This document shows, piece after piece, positions 50,475 through 61,092 of a stretch of 64,000 bases of DNA (within the stretch, counting starts at the first letter, position 1; every line of letters starts with the position of its first letter). A program made the position numbers and the translations under genes. Origin of the DNA: Candidatus Omnitrophota bacterium. GTDB taxonomy: Bacteria > Omnitrophota > Gorgyraeia > B26-G9. The notes under the pieces are model-generated. The model saw only the letters and a program-made list of their open reading frames with translations, did no database searches and had not been told where the DNA came from. The stretch is from NCBI GenBank assembly GCA_043814605.1, contig JBDRJV010000037.1, positions 99,902 to 163,901 of the forward strand, in the 5' to 3' direction.

Positions 50475-52028
50475 TTGAAGGATAAGATGAGCAAAAACAG
50501 GGAATTATTCAAATCAACGGGAATTGTCAGTTTTTTTACTCTGGTTAGCCGGATTCTGGGATTAGTCAGAGATAGAGTTATTGCTTATTTATTTGGTACC
50601 AGCTGGATTTCAGAGGCTTTTGTGGTGGCATTTCGGATCCCGAATACGTTAAGGCATCTTATCGGAGAGGGAGCAACGAATGCCGCAGTAATCCCTGTTT
50701 TAAGTGAATATTTATATAAAGATTCGGATAAGGAGTTTTGGCGCATCAGCAATATACTACTTAATTTCTTTTCTATTATTTTACTGGGTATATCAATAAT
50801 CGGAGTCCTTTTATCACCCTTTATTGTGCGAATTATTGCCATTGGTTTTATTGACAACCCGGAAAAGCTTGCGCTGACCATTAAATTAACCAAAATAATG
50901 TTTTCATTTATTTTTTTTATTGGAATTTTTGCTTATGTAATGGGCGTACTCAATACGTTAAAGCATTTTGCTTTTCCGGCGGCCGGATCCTGTTTTTTAA
51001 ATTTAACGTTAATAGTTTTTGGCATATGGCTGGCGCCGCAATATAAAGAACCGGTTGTGGGTATGGCCATTGCGGTGTTAATCGGAGGATTTTTACAGCT
51101 ACTTGTGCAGATCCCAATTTTAATCAAAAAAGGGTTTAAATTTAAATTTATTTTTGAGTTTAAACATCCGGTGGTAGCTAAAATCACAAAATTAATGGCT
51201 CCGAGAATTATCGGCTCAAGCATATATCAGTTGAACATATTTGTGGATACAATATTCGGCAGTTTTTCCGCTATTGTCGGTAGTGGGGCAATTGCGGCTC
51301 TTTATTTTGCGAATCGGCTGATACAGTTTCCTACGGCAATTTTTGGTAATTCTTTGGCTACGGCGTCCTTGCCGACAATGTCTGAATATGTTGTTACCGA
51401 TGATATGGCGGGGTTAAAACATCTTTTATTTTTAAGCTTGAAAAGTTCTTTGATCCTGCTTATTCCGTCTTCATTCGGGTTAATGTTTTTGGCTCATCCG
51501 ATAATCCAAATTTTGTTTGAAACCGGACAATTTACCAGCTACTCCACAAATATTACTGCGCTGGCTTTGATTTTTTATTGTTTAGGACTGTTTGCTTATA
51601 GCGGCACGCAAGTGTTGACAATATGTTTTTATGCTTTAAAAGATACGAGTACTCCGGTTAAAATAACTTTTATCAGCTTGATCGCAAATGCGGTGTTTAA
51701 TCTGGTGTTTATGTATCCGCTTAAGATCGGGGGATTGGCTCTGGCCACATCAATTTCGTCGACATTAAATTTGTTTTTATTGGTGTATTATTTACGAAAA
51801 AAAATCGGCAATCTTGGGCTGATTAATTTAATCAATACTTTCAAAACTTTATTAATAGTTTCTTTAGTGATGGGTGTGATCAGCCGTTTGTCTTATGTGT
51901 TTTGCTTAAATTTTATGCATAATGTTTTGAGTTTAATTGCGGCAATTGTTTCCGGTACGGCTGTGTTTTTTGCTTGCAGTTGGAAATTGGGTTTATTTAA
52001 AAATTTAAAAATCAATCTATTTAAATAA
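50475..52028 (+). CDS. murJ: lipid II flippase MurJ
   Basis: 14-TM MOP-family protein with the MurJ N-terminal pattern (LVRDRVIAYLFG). Confidence 0.85.
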   Translation: MKDKMSKNRELFKSTGIVSFFTLVSRILGLVRDRVIAYLFGTSWISEAFVVAFRIPNTLRHLIGEGATNAAVIPVLSEYLYKDSDKEFWRISNILLNFFSIILLGISIIGVLLSPFIVRIIAIGFIDNPEKLALTIKLTKIMFSFIFFIGIFAYVMGVLNTLKHFAFPAAGSCFLNLTLIVFGIWLAPQYKEPVVGMAIAVLIGGFLQLLVQIPILIKKGFKFKFIFEFKHPVVAKITKLMAPRIIGSSIYQLNIFVDTIFGSFSAIVGSGAIAALYFANRLIQFPTAIFGNSLATASLPTMSEYVVTDDMAGLKHLLFLSLKSSLILLIPSSFGLMFLAHPIIQILFETGQFTSYSTNITALALIFYCLGLFAYSGTQVLTICFYALKDTSTPVKITFISLIANAVFNLVFMYPLKIGGLALATSISSTLNLFLLVYYLRKKIGNLGLINLINTFKTLLIVSLVMGVISRLSYVFCLNFMHNVLSLIAAIVSGTAVFFACSWKLGLFKNLKINLFK

Positions 52029-53455
52029 TGGAAATAAATAAGAAAATCAATGCTTTGCCAGACACCCCGGGTGTGTATTTAATGAAAGATGCTGCCGGTA
52101 CGATAATTTATGTGGGCAAGGCAGCTTCTTTAAAAAAAAGAGTCAGCTCTTATTTTACGAAAGCGCAAAAACCGCTTAAACAAAAAGTGCTGGTAAGTAA
52201 AATTAGAGATATTGATTTTGTCAGCACTTTTTCAGAAGCAGAAGCGCTGATTTTAGAAGCAGCATTAATTAAAGAATATAATCCCAAATATAATAGTACA
52301 ATTAAAGATGATAAGGCTTATCCTTTTTTGAAATTAACAATCCGGGAAAAATATCCTCGTTTGTGTATTGTCCGCAGTAAGAAAAAAGACAAAGCAGTTT
52401 ATTTCGGGCCATATACTTCTGCGGCTTTATTGAAACAGGCACTTAATTTTATGCGCCGGATTTTTCCTTTACGTACTTGTAATGTAATGCCGAAAACTTT
52501 TTGCTTGAATTTTCATCTTAATCAATGCCTGGGCCCGTGTGTTCAGAAAAATATTGATTCAGAATATAAACAGGTTGTGCATAATTTATTGTTATTTTTA
52601 AGGGGGAAAAAATCAGATTTGATTAAAAATCTTAAAGCCGAAATGACGCAAACTGCAAACATCCAAAATTTTGAAAAAGCGATAAAATTAAGGGATAAAA
52701 TTGAATATTTAAGTGCTATTCCGATTACCGAGAAAAGATATAATATTGTTGACCAAATACAGGATTTGCAGGCTGAGCTGAGATTGAAGGATAAGCCGCT
52801 AATTATTGAAGGCTTTGATATTTCAAATATCCAAGGTAGTAATGCGGTTGGGTCAATGGTCCGTTTTTTACAAGGTTATCCCGTGCAGAAAGAATACCGG
52901 CGTTTTAAAATTAAATTTATAACCAGCATTAATGATTATGCAATGATTCAGGAAGTATTAAAACGGCGTTTTTCCGGAAACTTAAAGGATACGTTAACTT
53001 TTCCTAACTTAATCCTAATTGATGGCGGATACGGTCATTTACAAGCAGCGGTTAAAACATTACGTGTTCTGAATATTAAGATACCAATCATTAGTATTGC
53101 TAAAAAATTTGAGCATATTTATGTTACTTGGCAAAATAAACCGGTTGCGCTGAGAATACAATCTAAGGCATTGCGCTTGCTTATGCGAATCCGTGATGAA
53201 TCGCATCGTTTTGCCTTAGCCTATCACCGTAATTTGCGTAAAAAACAAATGTTATTATCAGAACTTGATCAGATACCAGGTATTGGTCCAAAACGCCGGC
53301 AATTATTACAGAATGCCTTAACTTCAAAAGAGGTAAAAACTGCTAAAAGCTCAAATTTAGGTTTAAAACAAATGAGTCTAAAGAAATTAAAAGAAATTAA
53401 AGGCATAGATGAAAAAACCGCAAAAAATATCATTGAACATTGGAAAAAGTATTGA
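52028..53455 (+). CDS. uvrC: excinuclease ABC subunit C
   Basis: GIY-YIG (GVYLMKDAAGTIIYVGKA), the UvrC Cys cluster, a UVR domain, an RNaseH-like nuclease domain and a C-terminal HhH. Confidence 0.8.
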   Translation: MEINKKINALPDTPGVYLMKDAAGTIIYVGKAASLKKRVSSYFTKAQKPLKQKVLVSKIRDIDFVSTFSEAEALILEAALIKEYNPKYNSTIKDDKAYPFLKLTIREKYPRLCIVRSKKKDKAVYFGPYTSAALLKQALNFMRRIFPLRTCNVMPKTFCLNFHLNQCLGPCVQKNIDSEYKQVVHNLLLFLRGKKSDLIKNLKAEMTQTANIQNFEKAIKLRDKIEYLSAIPITEKRYNIVDQIQDLQAELRLKDKPLIIEGFDISNIQGSNAVGSMVRFLQGYPVQKEYRRFKIKFITSINDYAMIQEVLKRRFSGNLKDTLTFPNLILIDGGYGHLQAAVKTLRVLNIKIPIISIAKKFEHIYVTWQNKPVALRIQSKALRLLMRIRDESHRFALAYHRNLRKKQMLLSELDQIPGIGPKRRQLLQNALTSKEVKTAKSSNLGLKQMSLKKLKEIKGIDEKTAKNIIEHWKKY

Positions 53456-53471
53456 TATTATATTAAAAGAC

Positions 53472-53867
53472 ATGACGGCTTTTGAGAGGGCAGTGCTAAA
53501 GGTAACATGTTCTATTTTACCAGGACAGGTACGAACTTATAAATGGGTTGCGAGAAAAATTGGTTGTCCGAATGCTCAACGTGCTGTAGGCCAAGCACTT
53601 AAGAAAAATCCCTTGCCCCTGTTAATTCCTTGTCATCGGGTAATTTCTGCATCCGGAAAGATAGGCGGTTATGCTTATGGCAAAGAAACGAAGAAAATTC
53701 TTTTAGATTTTGAGCAGGGCTTAATTACGAATAGAAAAAAAGATTGTAAAAAATTATCTAAAAAAATAAGGAGTGTTTATGAAAGGAATAATTCTAGCTG
53801 CCGGCCGGGCTACACGCTTGTATCCAATTACAAAAGGTGTATCAAAACAATTACTGCCTGTTTATGA
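53472..53867 (+). CDS. methylated-DNA-protein-cysteine methyltransferase (MGMT) C-terminal-domain-only protein
   Basis: PCHRVI active-site motif. The start is taken at the internal Met after the uvrC stop. Confidence 0.6.
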   Translation: MTAFERAVLKVTCSILPGQVRTYKWVARKIGCPNAQRAVGQALKKNPLPLLIPCHRVISASGKIGGYAYGKETKKILLDFEQGLITNRKKDCKKLSKKIRSVYERNNSSCRPGYTLVSNYKRCIKTITACL

Positions 53868-54657
53868 TAAACCCATGATTTATTATCCGTTGTCAGTTTT
53901 ATTACTGGCGGGAATCAGAGAGGTATTAATTATTACCACTGAAGAAGCCTTGCCGCAGTTTAAAGCGCTTTTGGGTAATGGCAGTGATTTTGGGATAACT
54001 ATTGAATACGCGATACAAGAGACCCCCCGGGGAATTGCCGAAGCATTTATTATTGCCGAGGATTTTATTAAAGGCGACAGGGTTTGCTTAATATTAGGCG
54101 ATAATATCTTTTTTGGCGCCGGTCTTTCCGAAGAGCTGAAAAAAGCTATTGACCAAAAAGATACAGCCTGTGTATTTGGTTATTATGTAAAAGATCCGCA
54201 GCGTTATGGAGTGATTGAATTTAATAAAAATTTGGAGGTTATATCTATTGAGGAGAAACCGGCAAAACCAAAATCACATTGGGCAGTTACCGGCCTTTAT
54301 TTCTATGATCACCGGGTTGTGGATATTGCTAAAGCCATAAAACCCTCAGCCCGCGGAGAACTGGAAATAACGGATTTAAATAATGTTTACTTAAAAGATA
54401 AAAAATTGAAAGTTGTTTTGTTAAAGCGGGGATATGCCTGGCTGGATACGGGAACTTATGATTCTTTAATTGATGCATCTATGTATATTAAAACAATTGA
54501 AGACAGACAAGGGCTAAAAATTGGCTGCCTGGAAGAGATCGCGTTTGAAAAAGGATATATTTCAAAGCCGGATTTACTTAAAATAGCTGCGAAAATAAAC
54601 ACCAGTTATGGCACTTATTTAAGGAAAATTGCTGAGGAGAGTGGTTATGGCTTTTAA
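53779..54657 (+). CDS. rfbA: glucose-1-phosphate thymidylyltransferase
   Basis: [16 protein letters not shown]...[25 protein letters not shown]. Confidence 0.9.
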   Translation: MKGIILAAGRATRLYPITKGVSKQLLPVYDKPMIYYPLSVLLLAGIREVLIITTEEALPQFKALLGNGSDFGITIEYAIQETPRGIAEAFIIAEDFIKGDRVCLILGDNIFFGAGLSEELKKAIDQKDTACVFGYYVKDPQRYGVIEFNKNLEVISIEEKPAKPKSHWAVTGLYFYDHRVVDIAKAIKPSARGELEITDLNNVYLKDKKLKVVLLKRGYAWLDTGTYDSLIDASMYIKTIEDRQGLKIGCLEEIAFEKGYISKPDLLKIAAKINTSYGTYLRKIAEESGYGF

Positions 54658-55183
54658 ATTTATAAAAACTAAAATTCCAGAAGTGGTTCTAATTCAACCC
54701 CAGGTTTACAAAGATAATCGGGGATCATTTTTGGAAACTTTTAAACAATCAGAGTTTAAGTTTCATGGGTTGAATTTAAATTTTGTACAGACAAATCATT
54801 CCTATTCAGCTAAAAATGTTTTAAGAGGATTACATTATCAAACTGATCCTAAGGCTCAGGGAAAATTGATCTCTGTAGTTCAAGGAGAAATATTTGATGT
54901 CGCGGTGGATATACGCCGGCAATCAGCAACTTATGGGCAGTGGGTAGCTGAGATTTTGTCCCAGGCCAATGGAAACATGCTTTATCTTCCGCAAGGGTTT
55001 GCACACGGGTTTTGTGTGCTTTCAGGCTCAGCATATGTTATTTATCAATGCACAAATGAATATTCTCCTGAAAATGATGCTGGTATTCTCTGGTGCGATC
55101 CTACAATTGATATATCCTGGCCGGTTAAAAAACCCATACTTTCTGCAAAAGATGCTAATCTGCCTTTATTTGGCGAGGTGTAA
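54647..55183 (+). CDS. rfbC: dTDP-4-dehydrorhamnose 3,5-epimerase
   Basis: RmlC cupin motifs ([16 protein letters not shown]). The start is taken at the internal ATG with a GAGGAG RBS. Confidence 0.9.
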   Translation: MAFKFIKTKIPEVVLIQPQVYKDNRGSFLETFKQSEFKFHGLNLNFVQTNHSYSAKNVLRGLHYQTDPKAQGKLISVVQGEIFDVAVDIRRQSATYGQWVAEILSQANGNMLYLPQGFAHGFCVLSGSAYVIYQCTNEYSPENDAGILWCDPTIDISWPVKKPILSAKDANLPLFGEV

Positions 55184-55191
55184 AAAAACGA

Positions 55192-55536
55192 TCAGTACCG
55201 GTTATAGCGGGTCCTTAATTGCCAAATTGTAAGAAATCGTTTATCTTTTTTCTTAAACTCTTCAATTTTTGAATCTTCTAAGATAGATTTTGTGCCGGCA
55301 ACTTCCGGTATGATATTCCAATAATTTTGTTCAGTTTCTTTGGACTGTGCGATAGTTTCTTCAAATATTGAATTGTCTTCTAAATCAAGATTTATGGGAG
55401 AATCTTCATCTTTTACAATTAAATTTTCTTCTTCAGTTAAAGGAAATTGCTGTGCGTGGATGGCTTTATTTATGATAAAAAATATGCTAAAAAAAGAAGA
55501 AAAAACTATAATTAAAAAATAAGTATAATATTTCAT
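55192..55536 (-). CDS. hypothetical secreted acidic protein
   Basis: N-terminal signal/TM segment, then a Glu/Asp-rich sequence. Confidence 0.35.
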   Translation of the reverse strand: MKYYTYFLIIVFSSFFSIFFIINKAIHAQQFPLTEEENLIVKDEDSPINLDLEDNSIFEETIAQSKETEQNYWNIIPEVAGTKSILEDSKIEEFKKKDKRFLTIWQLRTRYNRY

Positions 55537-55744
55537 AGGTAGATTTTATATTTTTTTTGAAAAAATTGCAATAAAAATTGGTTAGCTGATTTTTTAAGAT
55601 TTTAAATAATAGGTTAGAATCTCAGGTTAACTTTCTAACTTTAACTAACACAATATCATAGGAAAAACAAAAAAAATCTAAAATTTGCAAAATTAAAGGT
55701 TTTATGGTACAATTTGCTCAATTAAATTAATATAATTATGTATA

Positions 55745-56539
55745 TTGAATTTTATGAAAAAATATATAGTCATCCCTACTTATAATGAATCAGAAAATAT
55801 TCAGAGAATTATTGAAGCAATATTCGCATTGCACCCGGATTTTCATATTATTGTCGTTGATGATAATTCCCCGGATAAAACCGGGGATATTACGGATGCA
55901 TTAAGCCGAAAAGATTCCCGGATTCTGGTTTTGCATCGACCGGAAAAAGCAGGATTAGGCACAGCTTATGTTGAAGGGTTTAAATCAGCGCTTGAGCAGG
56001 GGGCAGAATTAATCTTTGAAATGGATGCAGACTTTTCTCATGACCCAATTTATTTAAAGGACTTTATCAAAGCTGCTGAAAAATTTGACGTTGTGCTGGG
56101 AAGCCGTTATCTAAACGGTGTGCGGGTAGAAGGGTGGAGGTTCCGGCGTCTTTTATTAAGCAAGTTTGCGAATATTTTCGTTTCTTATCTTATGGTTAAG
56201 CCGATATGGGATTTTACCGGTGGATTTCGCTGCTATCATAGAAAAGTTCTAGAAGCTTTAGATCTTGACCTCATCCATTCCGATGGGTATGCATTTCAGA
56301 TTGAAATGCTGTATTTAGCTTTTAAACATAAATTTCGAGTATGTGAGGTGCCGATTATTTTTAAAGAAAGGCATAAAGGATATTCAAAAATTTCAAAAAA
56401 TGTGATTTGGGAAGCTTTCCGGTTAACTTTTAAATTTCGTGCTCCGTTAAAAAAAATATTTAAACATTCATCATTTTTATTTAAAGATTACAATGAATTT
56501 GTGGAAGGGTATTACCAAGATTTAGAAAATCATGAATAA
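55745..56539 (+). CDS. GT2 polyprenol-phosphate sugar synthase (Dpm1/ArnC-like)
   Basis: VIPTYNE...VDDNSPD...DAD motifs. Confidence 0.8.
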   Translation: MNFMKKYIVIPTYNESENIQRIIEAIFALHPDFHIIVVDDNSPDKTGDITDALSRKDSRILVLHRPEKAGLGTAYVEGFKSALEQGAELIFEMDADFSHDPIYLKDFIKAAEKFDVVLGSRYLNGVRVEGWRFRRLLLSKFANIFVSYLMVKPIWDFTGGFRCYHRKVLEALDLDLIHSDGYAFQIEMLYLAFKHKFRVCEVPIIFKERHKGYSKISKNVIWEAFRLTFKFRAPLKKIFKHSSFLFKDYNEFVEGYYQDLENHE

Positions 56540-57419
56540 TATTTCTTTGGGGATAATGGCCTATAATGAAGCAGGTAATATTGGTCGCCTGCTTCAATCT
56601 ATTTTAGAGCAAAAATTTACTTCTGGTAAACTGGTTGAGATTATTGTGGTTGCTTCCGGGTGTACGGATAATACAGAAGATATTTTAAAATTTTTTAAAG
56701 AAAAAGATAAGCGGATTATTTTAATCTCTCAAGCTAAAAGAGAAGGGAAGGCGAGTGCGATTAATCAGTTTTTAGCTAAAGCTACGAGTGAGGTTTTAAT
56801 AATGGAAAGTGCGGATACTATTCCGGATAAAGATACATTGGAAAAATTAGTTGCTCCTTTTAGTGATCCGCAAGTGGGCATGAGCGGTGCGCATCCTGTG
56901 CCCATTAATTCTCCGGACACATTCTTAGGTTTTGCCGCGCATTTTATTTGGGCTAAGCATCATCAGATTGCTCTGATTAGCCCGAAAATGGGAGAATTAG
57001 TAGCGTTTCGTAATTTTGTCAAAAAAATTCCGATGAATACGGCGGTTGATGAAGCGAGTATTGAGGCAATTGTTGCGGAAGCCGGGTTTAAGATTATCTA
57101 TGTTCCGGAGGCAATTGTGCAGAATAAGGGCTCAGAAACAATTGCTGATTTTATCAAACAGCGCCGGAGAATTTTTGCCGGCCATAAATATTTAATGAAA
57201 ACACAAAAATATAAAGTAAGCACACATAATCCGACAAAGATTATGCTTAAAATGGCATTAGAGAAAAAAAATTGGTGGAACATTAAAAAAAATATTTGGA
57301 TTTGTGCGGTAATTTTATTGGAGTTATTCTGCAGATTTCTGGGGTACTATGATTTTTTAATTGGGAAAGATGATCATAGTGTCTGGGAAATAGCGGCTTC
57401 GACAAAAAAATGGGATTGA
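56532..57419 (+). CDS. family 2 glycosyltransferase
   Basis: GT2 N-terminal fold (AYNEAGNI...VASGCTD...ESAD). Confidence 0.7.
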   Translation: MNNISLGIMAYNEAGNIGRLLQSILEQKFTSGKLVEIIVVASGCTDNTEDILKFFKEKDKRIILISQAKREGKASAINQFLAKATSEVLIMESADTIPDKDTLEKLVAPFSDPQVGMSGAHPVPINSPDTFLGFAAHFIWAKHHQIALISPKMGELVAFRNFVKKIPMNTAVDEASIEAIVAEAGFKIIYVPEAIVQNKGSETIADFIKQRRRIFAGHKYLMKTQKYKVSTHNPTKIMLKMALEKKNWWNIKKNIWICAVILLELFCRFLGYYDFLIGKDDHSVWEIAASTKKWD

Positions 57420-57422
57420 AAA

Positions 57423-58499
57423 ATGCTGCCACTTATTTTGAAACTGCCGTTTTATTATCTAGCGCGAAAAACTAATAAAATCTCAAAGCTTCCCTTTAAT
57501 TTAACCTTAAGTGTTACCTATCGGTGTAATTCACGCTGTAAAACATGTAATGTTTATGAAAAAGATTGCGAGGAATTGTCATTGCCGCAATGGAAGCAAA
57601 TCTTTAAGAAGTTTGGAAAAAATTTACTCTGGGCAACAATCAGCGGGGGTGAACCATTTTTACGTACAGATTTAGCAGAGATTGTGTATGCGCTTTATGA
57701 TTATTGCCGGCCGCAGATTATAAATATCCCGACTAACGGAATCTTAACAAAGACAATTGTTGAACAAATTAAAAAGATTACTGCTTATTGTCAAAACTCA
57801 CAGATAATTGTTAATGTTTCTATTGATGATATTGGCCAGAAACATGATGGTATTAGAGGCATAGACGGCAATTATGATAAAACAATTTTAACATTCAATG
57901 CTTTAAAAGGCCTTAGATTGGATAACCTCTCCGTAGGTATTCACACCGTAATTTCTAAATTTAATGTTAAAAGAATTCCGGATATTTATGCTGAACTAAT
58001 AAAATTAGCGCCGGATTCTTACATTACCGAAATTGCCGAGGAGCGTGAAGAACTGGGGACAATCGACAGTGGAATCGGGCCCGGATACAATGATTTTGTA
58101 AACGCCATAGATTTCTTGCTGGATAAAATAAAGCAGGACAATTTTAACCGTGTGGGCCGGTTAACCCGGGCGTTTCGTATTGAATATTATAAAATAGTTA
58201 AACAGGTATTAAAGGAAAAGAAGCAAATAATTCCTTGTTATGCCGGATTTGCTTCTGCGCAAGTTTCTCCGGAAGGCAATGTGTGGATGTGCTGTATTAA
58301 AGCTCAAGTCTGCGGAAATCTTAAGGCAGTTGATTATGATTTTAAGAAAATCTGGGATTCTGAACTAACCAGAAATTTAAGAAAAAGTATTATTGCTCAA
58401 GAATGCTATTGTCCCTTAGCCAATGCTAGCTACACAAATATGTTATTTAGCATAAAAACTTTATTTAAAATTTTAAAAAACTTAATCAGATTGAAATAG
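57423..58499 (+). CDS. radical SAM protein with C-terminal SPASM-like Cys cluster
   Basis: CNSRCKTC (Cx3Cx2C) motif. C-terminal Cys-rich region (CYAGFAS...CCIKAQVCGN...CYC). Confidence 0.75.
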   Translation: MLPLILKLPFYYLARKTNKISKLPFNLTLSVTYRCNSRCKTCNVYEKDCEELSLPQWKQIFKKFGKNLLWATISGGEPFLRTDLAEIVYALYDYCRPQIINIPTNGILTKTIVEQIKKITAYCQNSQIIVNVSIDDIGQKHDGIRGIDGNYDKTILTFNALKGLRLDNLSVGIHTVISKFNVKRIPDIYAELIKLAPDSYITEIAEEREELGTIDSGIGPGYNDFVNAIDFLLDKIKQDNFNRVGRLTRAFRIEYYKIVKQVLKEKKQIIPCYAGFASAQVSPEGNVWMCCIKAQVCGNLKAVDYDFKKIWDSELTRNLRKSIIAQECYCPLANASYTNMLFSIKTLFKILKNLIRLK

Positions 58500-58500
58500 C

Positions 58501-59475
58501 ATGCACAAAAAAAATATTTTAATTACCGGAGCCACCGGTTTTATTGGGTCAAATCTAGTCAAAGTATTAGCCCGGGATGATCAATATAATATTATTGCGA
58601 TTGTTAGACCGGAAAGTAATCGCAATAAAATAGAAAACCTGAAAAAACTCAATGTTCGGTTAGCCCCGGGGAATTTTTACGATAATGATTTTCTTAGGAA
58701 TCTTTTTAAATCATTATCTATTGATTGTATAATACATTGTGCAGCATTAACCGGCGCAGGATTGGGCAGCGAGCAAGAGTACAAAAAAATAAATGTTTTA
58801 GGCACAGAATTTTTACTAAAAAATGCTTTTGAGCATAAGGTAAAAAAGTTTATTTTTTGCAGTTCTGTGGGTGTTTGGGGAACGATTCCTAAACAAGTAC
58901 CCGCAACATTACAAACTCCTTTAAACCCGGATGGCTATTATCATCAATCAAAAGCCAATGCCGAAGGTAAAGTATTAGAATATGCTGCCAAAGGATTAAA
59001 TGCGTTTATTGTCCGCCCCACGATAGTGTACGGGCCGCAGGATAAAGGTTTCGCCGAAAAATTAGCAAAAATGGTAGAACAAAAAAAATTATTTTTCAAA
59101 AAAAATGTACGCATTCATTTAGTTAATATTGATAAACTTATCGAGATTTTTTGCCAAATTATTAATTTAGACATAAATGCGAAAAAGATATTCATTGCGG
59201 TTGATAAAACTGGTGTGGGTTTAGAAGAAATAGTTAATTTATTATCAATGTATTATCATGGGAAAAATTATCCGGAATATTTTATGCTGCCGGGGTGGGT
59301 ATTTAAATTTATAAAATTATGTTTTCAATTAATGAAAAATGATAAATGGCTGACCAGAATTCGCCTTTTATCTGAGGATTGGTTTTATGATAATTCAGAT
59401 GCTGAGGAAATTCTCAACGTAACGCCTGTGTTGACCAAAGATTATTTTTTGCGCCAGGTTTTAAATATCCCCTAA
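58501..59475 (+). CDS. NAD-dependent epimerase/dehydratase (SDR)
   Basis: GATGFIGSNL Rossmann motif and the YxxxK catalytic pair (YHQSK). Confidence 0.8.
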   Translation: MHKKNILITGATGFIGSNLVKVLARDDQYNIIAIVRPESNRNKIENLKKLNVRLAPGNFYDNDFLRNLFKSLSIDCIIHCAALTGAGLGSEQEYKKINVLGTEFLLKNAFEHKVKKFIFCSSVGVWGTIPKQVPATLQTPLNPDGYYHQSKANAEGKVLEYAAKGLNAFIVRPTIVYGPQDKGFAEKLAKMVEQKKLFFKKNVRIHLVNIDKLIEIFCQIINLDINAKKIFIAVDKTGVGLEEIVNLLSMYYHGKNYPEYFMLPGWVFKFIKLCFQLMKNDKWLTRIRLLSEDWFYDNSDAEEILNVTPVLTKDYFLRQVLNIP

Positions 59476-59505
59476 TTACTGATAGGATGCTAAATTTATA
59501 CTTTT

Positions 59506-61089
59506 ATGAATAATTTTCAAAATGAAAAATCAGAAAAAATTAAATCACTTTTTTGGAGCTGGCTAATTTTTAGTGTTTGCTACTGGATTTGTGCGGTATT
59601 TAAGCCTTTTCATGTGGATGAATTCTTTTCCTGGATTTATGCAAAAGGCTACACTTTTTCAGATATAATTAAATTACGCAATTTCGGCATAGGCCATCCA
59701 CCGCTATACCATTTACTGCAAAAAATAGTTCAAATTATTGCCGGGACCGATAATCATCTTAATGTAAGAATTGTGAATTATTTTTTTGGTGCTGGGTTTG
59801 CCATGATTTTTGTAAATTATTTACAGCAGGAAAAGAAATCAACATTATTTTCTTATGCTATTGTTTGTTCGGCTGCGGTATTGGATGCTTTTGTATTTAG
59901 CCGGATGTATGGGCTTGTGCTTTTTATGGCGAGTTTATTATTAATTATCGGTGAGCAAGCAGGGATATATGAAAACATTAAATGTAAGATTATTTTTAGT
60001 TTGGTTTTTTTAATCGGGCTTTATGCGGATTACAGTTTTTTTATTTTATTGCCTTATTTTTGCCTAACCTTCTTCAGCCGGCAAACTAAAAGTAAGACTG
60101 TGGTTTTAATCAGTTTTTTTATTTTAGCAGTTCTTTGGTTTTTAACCGAATATCTGCATGTGCGGAAAATAGATGAAGGTATTTTATTTTGGTTATTTAG
60201 TTTGGTTTATAACTTCTCCTGGATAAGTTATGAGTTTGTAAATTTGATATTCAGATTCTGGTTTCAGGAGACTTTATTAGTTGCGGTACTTATTTATTTA
60301 ATTGCTTTATGGAAAGATGCAAAAACTGAGTCTCAAGATAATAATAAAAAAATACCGTCTTATTTTGCCGCCGGGTTTTTTATTTTATTTATTTGTTTTC
60401 AGTTGAATATTTTTAGAGTGAGATCAGGGGCAGTAATTTTTGCTTTTTTAATTATTATGGCTTTAAGGTTCTTTTTAAAGCCTGGTTTTGATTTTTCAGA
60501 TAAGCAGGTGAAAATAATTGTTTCAATTTTTTTAGGGTTACTAATAGTTTTAACAATTAGTCCTGTTTTATGGCGAGAACTCACGCATTATAGATACTTG
60601 ACAGCGTTTTTGCCTTTAATTTTTTATTATATGAACATAACTTTACCCAAACGAGCACTTAATGTTACGGCAATCATACTGATTTTATCAGGTGTATTTT
60701 ATTTAAATTCTAAAGGAATTTCCGCTGAATATCCAGCTCCATTTTTAAAGAATAAAGCTCCGGTGGTATTTGAAAATGTACATGCATTTGCAACCCAATA
60801 TATTATGGGCAGTCGTTTAAAAGAACCCTTAATCGCGGATATGAGTGGATTTGATAAATTTTTTAAAATCGGAAACAGGAAAGCACCAGAACTGAATCTA
60901 AAAGAATTTGAAAGATTTTGGGTCATTGGAGACGCCAGTGCAGAAACATTTAAGTTTGTTCCTGAGGGTTATATCCTAAAAAATAAAGCAGTTAATTTAA
61001 GTTGGTGGGATCAGCAGTGCTTTAAAATTTTGACCCCCATCAATAAGAATTATTACGCAGTTTTTGAATACACAAGGAACGGAGAATAA
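59506..61089 (+). CDS. polytopic membrane protein, GT-C (ArnT/PMT-like) candidate
   Basis: Many TM helices. An Asp-Glu pair (HVDEFFS) in the first extracytoplasmic loop. Confidence 0.5.
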   Translation: MNNFQNEKSEKIKSLFWSWLIFSVCYWICAVFKPFHVDEFFSWIYAKGYTFSDIIKLRNFGIGHPPLYHLLQKIVQIIAGTDNHLNVRIVNYFFGAGFAMIFVNYLQQEKKSTLFSYAIVCSAAVLDAFVFSRMYGLVLFMASLLLIIGEQAGIYENIKCKIIFSLVFLIGLYADYSFFILLPYFCLTFFSRQTKSKTVVLISFFILAVLWFLTEYLHVRKIDEGILFWLFSLVYNFSWISYEFVNLIFRFWFQETLLVAVLIYLIALWKDAKTESQDNNKKIPSYFAAGFFILFICFQLNIFRVRSGAVIFAFLIIMALRFFLKPGFDFSDKQVKIIVSIFLGLLIVLTISPVLWRELTHYRYLTAFLPLIFYYMNITLPKRALNVTAIILILSGVFYLNSKGISAEYPAPFLKNKAPVVFENVHAFATQYIMGSRLKEPLIADMSGFDKFFKIGNRKAPELNLKEFERFWVIGDASAETFKFVPEGYILKNKAVNLSWWDQQCFKILTPINKNYYAVFEYTRNGE

Positions 61090-61092
61090 AAA

